A stretch of DNA of 50,225 nt from Oscillospiraceae bacterium (lineage in GTDB: Bacteria > Bacillota > Clostridia > Christensenellales > UBA1242). This document shows positions 24,101-29,200 of the stretch, piece by piece (within the stretch, counting starts at the first letter, position 1; each line of letters starts with the position of its first letter). The DNA lies in NCBI GenBank assembly GCA_963636895.1, contig CAVHMC010000001.1, forward strand, positions 1-50,225. The letters are read 5' to 3'. A program made the position numbers and the translations under genes. The notes beneath the pieces were generated by a model. The model saw nothing but the letters and a program-made list of their open reading frames with translations, ran no database searches and was not told the origin of the DNA.

Positions 24101-26077
24101 GATAAAACTCTTTTCTCCCTTATTCCACGTAACGACAACAGAACTTGGGTCGCTCGACACAATAGATAAGTTGTCCAAAGTTGCGCCAGCTGGATCGCAA
24201 GTCAAACTAACTATCGCTTGGTTGTTTGATATGTCTCCGTCAAGATTAATTGTCTTGTTGCACTCAAAATTTTCATCAAAACCAACATTGCTTTCTTCTA
24301 CGCTAATAGTTTTGCGTGAACCATCGGTATTCAATTCATAATTATTGTCACTATCAATCACAAATTTTGTGTATGTATAAGAAATAGCCGTTATATTTTT
24401 TAGCCCTTCTTTTACAGTTAGAAGGCAAAAAGCAACAGCCTGCTCGCCTTTTGGTTTTTGAGCCTTAAAAGTCATATAAATTTGTGTATCTTCTCTCAAC
24501 TCCTCTGTTGGCTTGACGTAAAAAGTTGTATCCTTGTCAAAAAGTTTATCCTTTATATTGTCATTGGTTAAATTAGTCACTGTTTGAGAATTTTTCTCTT
24601 TATAAGACACGACAAGTTTGCCTGTTATATCAAAAGTTGTTCCATCTATATTTGTAAACTCAAGCGTAAACTTAGAATTATCTTGCAAAATAGTTGGTTG
24701 GTTGTCGATTTCGACAAAAAAGCTTTCGCCAGCAAGGTCGTCCGACGAATTGCGATAAATATCTTTTGCTAAAGGTTGAGAAAAGTCTTGCAAGGCAGTT
24801 TGACCATTCACTTTAAAGCCTTTAACTAGGTCGTACGCCTTTGTTGTAAGGGTTGTTTTCAAAGGATAATTTGGAACGTCATAACTAGCATAATTGCACT
24901 CAAAAACAAGTGGATAAGACCTATCCGAGCCATAAAGTGTTGTATCTTCCGTATTTTTTGTGGCTGTAACATGCACAAGTTGATAAGCCGTTGTTGCTTG
25001 GTTGTAGTCGGTAGTTGACTTATTGTTCTTATCTAGATAGACGATAGAAGTTTGGTCGATATTTGTCGAAAATGGGAACTTGCTATCTTTTACGACATCA
25101 AAACTAACCTTTTCTCCATTTGTTTTTGCTGTCAAAACTAGGTCCACATAATTATGTGTGACAAGGTTTGCATAAAAGTCATGCATTGTCACAATATTGT
25201 TTGTTGTTGCGTCGTCAAAACTTTTCCCTTTATAAACGACGAAGTTTGTTATATTGTTTAAAAATCTCACCGTAAGTACCGCTTGCAAGTCTTCACCCAA
25301 GGGGTTTGTGTAGGTGGCTACTACGTCGATAGACTCAAGATTTGTCTCCTTATCAAGAGACAACGTGCAATTTGTTTTATCAAAAGTAAGGCCATACGTC
25401 TCAAGGTTATATGTTTCAAAATTGCTCTCGGTCACTTTTTGAGATTCTTCATAATCGGTTTTATTGAGCTTTCCAAATTGAAAAGACAAACTATCTTTAT
25501 CCTGCAAAGAAAGATAATTTAAAAGATTTAGTTTGTTTGCGTCATCATGCACATTGGCAAGTGCAAGATTTGTCTCAGTAAAGTTTAGCTCACTTGCCAC
25601 CGGTTGAACGTCTACATATATTGTTTTTGTTCTTCCCGTCTCGTTGTTGAGAACGGTGAGTTCGCTTTGTCCCACACCTATCAAAGTAATATCAACATAC
25701 ACGTCTTGGCTGTCCGACTTGCCACTTCCACCACACGACAAAACTTCCACATTGCTTGAAGACACCGTTGAACTAAAATTAAAGCCGTTTGGGTAACCCG
25801 AATAGGACACTTTGAGAGACGCTTTTGGATAATTGCTTTGAGAAATATTTTTTTGAGATAAATAAAAGGTGTAGTTGCCGTCTATTTTTTCATCAAAAGA
25901 ATAGCCCGTCGACTTTACTCTTTTTGTGCCGTCACTCAAAGGCTCCACAATATCAGTTTGAGAAATAGAAAAGGACAACGAAAATTTTAAGTTGTCGTAT
26001 TTATCTCCACAACCTATAAGTCCAAAACAACATATAGCAAATATTACCGCTAGAAATGTTCTAATAAATTTTTTCAT
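9143..26077 (-). CDS. giant surface lipoprotein, about 5,644 aa, Ig-like stalks plus six GLUG-like beta-helix modules
   Basis: Uninterrupted 16,956-nt ORF (track 9143-26098, starting at TTG). The preferred start is ATG 26075-26077, which gives MKKFIRTFLAVIFAICCFGLIGC (basic n-region, hydrophobic core, lipobox LIGC) behind the purine-rich AGGAAAGGGAAAA. Contains dozens of GG[LIV]VG / NxGxIxN[SC]Y repeats. TAA stop at 9143-9145. Confidence 0.9.
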   Translation of the reverse strand: MKKFIRTFLAVIFAICCFGLIGCGDKYDNLKFSLSFSISQTDIVEPLSDGTKRVKSTGYSFDEKIDGNYTFYLSQKNISQSNYPKASLKVSYSGYPNGFNFSSTVSSSNVEVLSCGGSGKSDSQDVYVDITLIGVGQSELTVLNNETGRTKTIYVDVQPVASELNFTETNLALANVHDDANKLNLLNYLSLQDKDSLSFQFGKLNKTDYEESQKVTESNFETYNLETYGLTFDKTNCTLSLDKETNLESIDVVATYTNPLGEDLQAVLTVRFLNNITNFVVYKGKSFDDATTNNIVTMHDFYANLVTHNYVDLVLTAKTNGEKVSFDVVKDSKFPFSTNIDQTSIVYLDKNNKSTTDYNQATTAYQLVHVTATKNTEDTTLYGSDRSYPLVFECNYASYDVPNYPLKTTLTTKAYDLVKGFKVNGQTALQDFSQPLAKDIYRNSSDDLAGESFFVEIDNQPTILQDNSKFTLEFTNIDGTTFDITGKLVVSYKEKNSQTVTNLTNDNIKDKLFDKDTTFYVKPTEELREDTQIYMTFKAQKPKGEQAVAFCLLTVKEGLKNITAISYTYTKFVIDSDNNYELNTDGSRKTISVEESNVGFDENFECNKTINLDGDISNNQAIVSLTCDPAGATLDNLSIVSSDPSSVVVTWNKGEKSFIIEPVKIYKGTVLESEISISASNLKDVYKIKVKVFSAINALNVELLDPSATSSVTKGESDMSAKVEYGKRYYFAISTQPVPTSYEINYSLYKNTLDNTNLIKNMVVGYSSLSTTIGDTNSYVMGDNNFSFDVRDFGFTFVNYTSDSYILVMSIINANGSIINKTINLSSYVPIGSMVITNLKDSVKNANKIYYANKVQKSGDSYIVDAETLDKDDSIFGIKVETSGKDGNDPTYSFANNGFIEIYVNDVLKAYYSVSKNGMLSQNTITNSKDDYITKLNDGVVKASDGNDYYVFRLNENFTSNVSGSILVTVGIKQFEGGATKTLEKSTRISITPVKEVQEIKSSNTEINYRKGETEQTQISVSFLGTNIHNDKLLTRVVASTKIGENTYYFENDSMFSLTLDSFDNKTKNYLFDIQSSFVGSGYVLFVPQDKVTTLDAYNKFFNFEYVKFENLSESDFVEGQFYCSDSTGAYVIAQNYQAGTTYYLRTVKVESLASFSQNMAVVNFTVSDGKDMPYYISTLDELKAIGKDEESVTRNYVLTKDLEINMKDFAPIGNYYQISTVVDEDSFENKLEPYYTKNSDGTFVEATKYVEKATYYAYGFGGTLSGKYTIKNINGEDTYKYYGFVNIKHNGTFSGDKESIFARIGENGEISDLALYYDSYNISLMTDATLAGLAIANYGKITNVSIKFSTYKVTTSSNLTLGGIVGENYGLLENTYAVPTTGEINVNSGKDNAEIIVGGFVGKNYGKIVGFAETAENYEIAYDDLGFDCNIVLNIQDNSTLGSGNSNIGVVAGYCSGTISNFSANGRIIAPSMDNVGGLVGKLERNENLGDTEYSIKDSYSIAHVEGRYYVGGAVGKVQGIDSTHNVTLNNVSAENYDTQSYSTSRLLVKGSQYVGGLIGHASYLDMKFSYVKSYYDLSNQGYDVQGSIVGGLIGYAWNVSISQCATYVNVETLSGNGGLFVASCSNTSIQDVFAYGYGYGNGFATNFLGGATEGNASRYIIAYVYNSNKKSFDKKETSIGVSGEYWATNTNTEDEIKYFLVKDGNPLMSISPTITVSVKTDSGEDTRFLDASSDKSTSVVLFLAEDTKGLYSAEQLESLNTIDVDEFLNIVIPNLTYKTSKISVTTYEQNGVLQIQNGKITLCKTGSVTLKIFSKLSSVATTLVNVYVMSGASDVKLYTNDSTLYDLSEIGSLSVIKNSPKSFYTSATYTRTLNGKELSFDSTCNKIGVRFKIYFDDIPSDYTDSLDQMLTVNGQKWDYNTEEGYQYIDVEDARNITFLAKIAYENLSIHYVPFIKDIIGDAEKIVFLEEERYFALNIQNGATEIFIKNNIDTNITMNQLEKFTLTVVAYTDVVGDEIVFVSTPSVNNSEDMALKCSSLRQEVDKGIAYTFTFFYANKLEPLKENLVYNIKFYAKSNEKSKKEITLTILPQKNLKTIITNIYSELDKDFPQSPSQNNVIYNGRMALMTLETYPYLADYSNLRIRYLSTSTKTLTITQLEYNSKGTTSGNKFSLSLQYGTTYDSTGALIVTKESAQDVYLYNDSGVYSYSRFMFFGLLVPSDTLDGQVYYLYIDVLDSKGNITLTQMVAIKTLSKTSVELKFDDKFKGQDGVYYLPVNTKQKLDVITSNIYQVAEWEVTSNTNLTSAQEKIFVPYLENGSYYVNIMNFAKNEFSTDLIGKKITLTLTLDKGITSDTKQITFVLSLFTVTNITAGQVTEDYLTLVNATTTPLLVDVEACYDESVTTSANNWYSQWYDKYIESTDGASDSLYKLLTNSGYTIKENFAEYITALQEKITKASYNSKSTEEDFTSGVWFYKNSEGTLSALKSGSSYNNNTFGVEIYNSYVAVCGYQEDTVSDMSLYVRLSLSSKVDGQTYLGVPNVENYNYDTSIYASAFNFTQNFVLSFVSSLSFYNPTPVASVEEFLALSKETEGDFRLISDLILTNYTPFEAKFKSFDGNNYKIFITSFADPQESATQGNLGLFTSISQDTMVCNTTVVYTSKVEFNQDTQSYVSRQITLSCDMSKYSSINFGGLASTNNGVITNCKVTGIISLTSPESSSSNYIGGLVAGNTNTGYITNSKVQEFKVVAYGQIGGVVHTNSGMIVSSYFDSSEVENLAQNCNVGGFAYQNTGSIAECYVQGSRASTDAEITNTGTALISQGGGNIGAFVYSNESIINDCYVNIFAKTANIKSGFVYQENSSSVISRCYSIFYREVGDNASAIYPFIGPKENKVVVNGTLNNCYYLISQRGNQDVKGWASENFYVSTGSTESASQTPDNKKAFGLEASAFSTHDNFVNFDMSLTSNTVTVAYKQYYYVDGYTWAIIEGRPLLVSTLTDTISMHTYVGKKKNYKMSENVLFNLEGETELYSTSSAEGVGNNLTLTKYYIKNSSGKYTDSDIIYTSLYNASLFQYTFNYPLEDGNSLTIVAEKSSTGLDFVRADYGDGTKQILDIKVLTGNTYVDSDNNFRANDTIFVDVNEDSVITKIVLKELQSVSYYYSERVKGVSDLKGTRTNPYLLYDYESFANILSENTDGKFYRLVRNIDFGNVFVKTSSKTFSGVLQGNHMTLSNLAISYFNDEERVSSAILDDDSFGLFAEIATSTGSSKNDTVVSDLNIVVQEVISNSHKYVGALAGKLVGGESSKKIFLNNINIIGEGSKYIAGKNAVGGLAGYATGNVIIKDINCSVSVNATYNAISDINAMLYISNGSMDKLSYAGGIVGIFDVTEVVDPSTLKNYNANNITIDTTCIYQGNIVGGAFGLVGTKAIVNYVNITYSLEDTSFIKSMAYAGGLVGENRGRIISSSVKYVDQDKMIQTLYPEEDESDSIFFASSSNTILGLGGLVGLNNGGFIANSITTINVRNETAVVVGGAVGRMVGGGLVGVVATGAVLGGKFVGGLIGTINDKDILVEAGYNKSAFIDFTDEQERAIFNSRSIYVGGANLEENVTTLISSCIAGNNYLSDDYRALSKLYSSNDYAFAGFIGLIAFYSSTDTISANCEQAIKYGNKSYFVDKLYKSSSDFKYLNSTYYSPKIDAMQSKSFATNILKNGDTQMVYPYSVQDFYYEAQDPLVSYAMKSSSNTQDKIKSQVGDVVVDMIYEFVGNTPNAIKNSDELYTEISYDASGNWATSYENRKDFDWYKLRFGVVYYKQVDGVTVTTLNDTHEAGTYIQIQDTEETKEDWSNFYIRTTESGEQYYPKIYYLSNRVITNFEDTKTYTNSTCDMSFTGVSVGSLNGYTFYDYRDILKQKYALINGIQIPLGEITTIKEVINGEGDTSEYIRGQYKSTPNLLLPNGSKITQLVFNVEKEVVDDGTKVQYVVEEVVLTYSITNIPYVEQNSDQYEKPVASIYLSSKYEINQTARVYNLKVSSKGVIYKAFDNGYWTMDNYFYADDFDDATKYPTNLEIAETYIWSKFASSEDTISYINSAEDLAKVANDVNSGKDTYKDKTLILMTDIDLSGKYWIPIGTEECPFEGTFNGNNMNIQYVSVNQNSSGVTYNNQDGTVTIEYNNHQKYLDYAGLFGVIKNAEIVDLNILGGEVVGKIAGGLVGKAIDSTISNIFNRNSAVGLSIAGGIVGEMVSSDESLAGSSLTTCTNDAGVSLTSNTNTTLYIGGLVGKVDKATISGNADNYATNSGKISVNSTYNSYVDSDSIVYLYVGGIVGKATNSTIGYAQNTGNIEVKTNAHKAFIGGAIGDSKIEYIVKHSISNLKNNGQIVVEDTNSFQSTGSITREDIEDSLESSLASFDVGGVVGRADNSLKFLSNLASIDFEVLSSTFSYISIGGVVGRLKNKENTPIVEQSYNSGNISSSSTNSSIFGIGGIVGAIDLGKNATTSVGQVFVKDNYNSATISSNNSSTVYEGGIVGYVYNTKIFDASYVYIQNNINVGLVIIYDIVPSRNALGAIVGDISYCFVDNSAKGDYKEETKIEDRVSFDLNNYYLAGCAYSSNIVYTGYTCFSDGQYKSVQENFDDNFFKGKDNGDVYFFSKALSSSDLKLKSSYEMRKKTDTETTTWVLDFDKVWNFKHETWYPTLKNNQNTSYWVDNTKEIDSSTSTYLVSSAEELAYMARKINSGEIDSKGITIKLTKSIDLSNKYFTPIGTSSNPFKGTFDGRYYEIKNLTVSGKSKYYDSIGNESFDDEFGGLFGVVKDATIKNVGLESPIVQDVSYAGGIVAQATNSSLVSLYTDCSQANLSSSPSKIRASVSVGGIVGVLSNSKDNGDAQKGLYNSYNNVYVQAGDSSTYKVGGLVGEVVSSNVYNCYNNYYGLVTVANAQNQNYQGGVVIGKIDSTSEIVNIFNLSPRLYGYDNSSQELGTPALYYISEQNVVTKGQTQPTFANLVSGEGYNFKKEDLWAKEYSLNPSAVATYPSLSGLNREWKNSPSEALVGFDYDSGNNKKLVYNYIDSVKNVYNEDGTYQSGKFEDTLANFAKDSISKASVSKVYLITCEEDLVWLANSVNDGTLITSNMEFMLVNDLDFSGRYFSPIGKDRTNSFCGVFNFNGHVIKGITIDSNYTYSGLFGYTQNAIILNGYLMDTFIKINASQVEARAYSGSIVGFAENTTIKNMVVSSCISATTSGGSYVGGVVGYYTTSDTTSMIKNVRVYGGKTADIDKFTVTKQTEDEQEKTINMVTEGSIGSVNLLGYSSDGGAYVGGVVGYAVETVDNQAETILYATVDAKIAGLSTSSLTTANVCVGGVLGYGADMVTIKACQVEKSTQIKSYSNRFDSVGGIVGTMQNGSIKDCKVEGYVEPRVSSGREVTSIQIWSYVGGIVGILDGADSSISSCYSLATTTTRSDNKDFSAGAVIGLARNRSFLKDSLSIYTNDQTNGFAGSNSNAIIVGQQEKAEGDYTLIYSNNTGDMTQNNGFDSIYWSSGTLLCKKVFVMGGGTYSFTVDGKNKNLITPDSADNPAGVEIDLDQLSTLNLQGVNGKIGLAYITKDSSNDLSYVYKITNISDSEEKSKINVSSHLDNVNSSDPGVIVIFVTKK
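9480..10795 (-). other. ORF1 module 6, canonical cap (approximate)
   Basis: Cap ITCEEDLVWLANSVNDGTLITSNMEFMLVNDLDFSGRYFSPIGKDRTNSFCGVFNFNGHVIKGI. Closes with FDSIYWSSGTLLCKK. Confidence 0.7.
10985..11940 (-). other. ORF1 module 5, canonical cap (approximate)
   Basis: Cap VSSAEELAYMARKINSGEIDSKGITIKLTKSIDLSNKYFTPIGTSSNPFKGTFDGRYYEIKNL. Closes with LWAKEYSLNPSAVATYPSLSGL. Confidence 0.7.
12000..13845 (-). other. ORF1 module 4, canonical cap (approximate)
   Basis: Cap INSAEDLAKVANDVNSGKDTYKDKTLILMTDIDLSGKYWIPIGTEECPFEGTFNGNNMNI, located in the DNA at about 13660-13845. Closes with VWNFKHETWYPTLK at 12003-12044. Confidence 0.7.
15100..16575 (-). other. ORF1 module 3 (approximate)
   Basis: Cap NPYLLYDYESFANILSENTDGKFYRLVRNIDFGN...FSGVLQGNHMTLSNL. 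Rungs VGGLAGYATGN, AGGIVGIFD, AGGLVGENRGRIISS, LGGLVGLNNGGFIANS, VGGAVGRMVGGGLVG. Confidence 0.6.
17100..18355 (-). other. ORF1 module 2 (approximate)
   Basis: Cap VEEFLALSKETEGDFRLISDLILTNYTPFEAKFKSFDGNNYKI. Rungs FGGLASTNNGVITNC, IGGLVAGNTNTGYITNS, IGGVVHTNSGMIVSS, VGGFAYQNTGSIAEC. Closes with YTWAIIEGRPLLVS. Confidence 0.65.
18356..20944 (-). other. ORF1 internal stalk region (approximate)
   Basis: About 860 aa without GGxVG. Beta-rich segments such as GSVTLKIFSKLSSVATTLVNVYV. Confidence 0.35.
20945..22556 (-). other. ORF1 module 1: divergent cap plus GLUG-like repeats (approximate)
   Basis: Cap YYISTLDELKAIGKDEESVTRNYVLTKDLEINMKDFAPIG. Rungs LGGIVGENYG, VGGFVGKNYGKIV, VGGLVGKLE, VGGAVGKVQG, VGGLIGHASY, VGGLIGYAWN. 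Closes with KYFLVKDGNPLMS. Confidence 0.6.
22557..26008 (-). other. ORF1 N-terminal Ig-like/beta-sandwich stalk (approximate)
   Basis: About 1,150 aa, rich in S/T/N/Y, with no GGxVG repeats. Big_2-like strand motif GVGQSELTVLNNETGRTKTIYVDV. Confidence 0.4.
26009..26077 (-). other. lipoprotein signal peptide with lipobox L-I-G-C (Cys23)
   Basis: MKKFIR + TFLAVIFAICCFGL + IGC read from the translation. The mature protein starts CGDKYDNLKF. Confidence 0.75.
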
Positions 26078-26128
26078 TTTTCCCTTTCCTATTTTCAAAC
26101 TTTTTGTGTCTTTTTTGTTTGTTTATCT

Positions 26129-26157
26129 TTACTACTTTTTGTTTTTAATTTTTTCAA
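26129..26157 (-). promoter_or_regulatory. weak candidate internal promoter between the two giant genes
   Basis: Minus strand reads TTGAAA (26157-26152), 17-nt spacer, TAGTAA (26134-26129). Weak -10. It lies about 50 nt upstream of the ATG at 26077. Confidence 0.25.
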
Positions 26158-26267
26158 ACTTTTGTATTTATTTCTCTCTTTTTTGTTTTTTTGTTTATTT
26201 TTTATTGCCTTTACTTTTTTTGTGTAGTTGCAACGGTCAAATTGATTTTGAGAACAAAGTGACAAAT

Positions 26268-29200
26268 TTACACAAGTTGTCCGTTAATCTTGAAATCTTG
26301 ATTGAGCAATTCGACTATCGTTATCCACTCGTCATTGAGATGGTACAAGAATTTGTATAGCAAGGTCTTGACACCAAGTTCCGAAGTAAAGCCTTTCTTA
26401 GAAAGAGCGTTTCTTGACATTTGAATGTCTCCACCGCACGCTTGCAACTCATTGTACGTATCTCCTATAACGATGCTTGCTGTGTTAAGGTTGAAAGTAA
26501 TACCTGTAACCGTATAAGTAGTATCTCCATCTGTAAAACTCCCCATAGATTTCTCTTGGTAATCAGTAGGAATTTCAAGTTGATATATACCAGCCTCAGT
26601 GTTTTTGAGACTTTCCTTTACGACCGCTTTAATCTTCGTGTAAGTAATGAGTGCATTTGAACTTGAAGGAGCAGACCTATCCGCTGGGAATGACGCTTTT
26701 GTATATCCAGAAGAATTTAGCATCGTCTTGACATCTGAGACTGCTTCTATCTCGTTGGTTGTTGAAGGTTTCAAACGGCAATAAGTTTTGTATGTTGTAG
26801 TTGTCTCGCCTTTGTCATTTGTAGTGACAGTTTTTGCTTGTACATAATAACCTATCATATACGCTTTTTGCTCTTCTTGCTTCTTTTCTTTTGCTTCTTT
26901 GTTTCTTTCTACCCAATCATCAGCATACTCTGGGACAACATTGGCATAATCTTTAAGTTTTTCTACCAATTTATCTTTTATTTCCGATTTGCTTACTGTC
27001 AACAAATCTACAATAAAGTTGCCAAGTTTTTTGTAATCTATACCGCTATTGTATTCGGTGTCTGTATTTTCGTCGTCAACTTCTTCGTCATCGAACAAAT
27101 CAGCTAGACCGCCTATGCCCTTATTTTCTGGAAGGTCACAATCTTTAAACTCCAGCACAGGGACAATCTTCGTCTTGCCATCTTCGCTTTGTGCCACTTT
27201 TATTGACCCATAAATTGCACTCACCGAGCCCGCAAGAGTACCACGCTTATCAGCAATGTGATTGATGTAAGCTTTGTCGTCTTCTCCAAAGGAATGTTCT
27301 TCTACTGAACCGTCGCCTTCACCATCTTCCCCTACGGTATCTCTCCCATAATAATAGTATCCGTAAACTTGTGCCTTGTTTTCGCTCTTTCTGATTACCG
27401 AGCCTCTCTTAGACAAAAGGTCTGCAACGTCGGAGACATTTATGTCCATTGCTATATCAAGAGCAGATTCCGTAACTGCCGAGCCTACGATACCACCTAT
27501 CGAGCCTTCGTCGTATCCTTCGTCGCAAAATTCTTTATAGCTAGCAACAGTCTTCAAAGTTTTGTTGTCGTCACCAAGTTTCTTTGCATTGGTCGTGTCA
27601 GTTTTCTCTGTGCCGTTCCAAGGATTGCTCGCCCCAGGAGTCGCGGATATCTCTTGAGTATCGTCTGTCCCTTCTTTAAACACTCGTTTGAGAGTTAGGT
27701 TTGCATTGTTGATACAATTTTCTATTGTTCCACCAGCCATTTCACCCGCTATACCACCAACCGTCGCTTTATGACCTGCAACAATTTTGATTTCGTTCGT
27801 CACATCTTTTACCGTTCCGCCAGCACCTACTAGACCCACAACACCACCTATCGTATTGTTTTTGCCATCAAATATTTTTTCTTTCGCAGTCACAATCTTG
27901 TCAGAACCATTTAGTGTACCTGCAACATAACCTGCAACGCCACCTATGACAGTACCATTGAGAGTTGAAACAGCTTTAAAGCTACTTTCAAGCTTAAGTT
28001 CAGCACCGTCTAAAACAGCACCAACCGCTCCACCTACCATAAGAGCCGTAACATTTGCACCCAAACCTTGGTCAATCTTGAGAGTAACGGTTGTTTCTGA
28101 TTCGCCTTTTGTCACCGCACCTATCACGTCGCCAGCACCCTTTATCGCTTGAACCAATAGTGTTGAGAAGTCAAAGAGTTTATCAAATTCTTTTACATTT
28201 ATTTCAATTGTAGAAGTGCCACTTACTCGCCCTATGATTGAGCCTGCATAACTTATGTTGCCTGCAACAGCTCCAATACTTAAATTAGTGATTGTTGCAT
28301 TTGTAAAGTTGCCATTTTCTAAATGTCCAATAATTCCACCAGCGTAATACTTATCCGACACAACGCTTAGAGCAATATTCAAACCAAGCCCAAATACAGG
28401 CATTGGAGAGAACCCGCTTGTTGTTGTATCGGTCAAAGGTCTAGCACCGATATATTTTATGTTGCCTTCCCCATTATAATAGCCTACAACACCGCCAAGA
28501 GAAGTTTTGAGAACGCCATCTTTGACAAGTTCTGAAATGAAATCCGTCCCGCCATCTTCGTCGGCATCACCCTCTGTGCCATCGCCTGTTACATTGTCTA
28601 TAAGTTTGAGCGTTGTCCCGTCAAGTGCAAACACACCGTTTGTTTCAACATTAAAGATACTATAGTTGCTTATTCCCGATATCTCTCCACCAATCATCGA
28701 ACCTATCGCACCACCAGCATATATCTCGCCTCTGACATATAGGCCTGTTGTTCCACTTAGAACAGTTGCATCGTCCATCATCTTTCCAACAAGACCGCCC
28801 GCAGTCCAACCGTTGACAATGCCTGCACTTTGCAAATAGCCGTCTTCTGATTTTTGTGAAAGACCAACCCCCATTTTTTGAAGTGTTTTTTCTACTTTAG
28901 ACCAGAAACTACTTGTTGTGGTTGCGTCCATACCTATTTGAGCATGGTCTTTTGCGATACCTACCGAACCACCCACAGCACCAATACCTGCGACATTGTC
29001 TTCCCCGCAAAGTCTTGCAATTGTTGATACTGACTCTTTATTGCCATAAACCGCATAAATCATCTGCTTTGCAGTCTCAAGTTTATTTTTAGAGTCAATT
29101 TCTGTCTTGACTTGTACGCCTATACCTGCTTTGCCCGATTCCAACGTAGAATATCCATCTAGCACACCTACAAAGCCACCCACACTCATGCTTCCGGAAA

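Noticed and set aside
26096-26098. TTG at 26096-26098 as the ORF1 start (track translation MKIGKGKMKKF...)
   Set aside because: The seven extra codons are the purine-rich ribosome-binding region itself. The ATG at 26075-26077 gives a canonical lipoprotein signal peptide. The TTG start cannot be strictly excluded.
26099-26267. Idea that the two giant ORFs are one gene split by a frameshift or sequencing error
   Set aside because: The ORFs are in different frames and are separated by 169 nt of low-complexity non-coding sequence. ORF1 has its own complete signal peptide and lipobox.
25992-26360. 122-aa plus-strand ORF spanning the spacer between the giant genes; very hydrophobic and membrane-protein-like
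   Set aside because: The hydrophobicity comes from translating the T-rich strand of an A-rich spacer. The ORF overlaps both giant genes antisense and has no SD.
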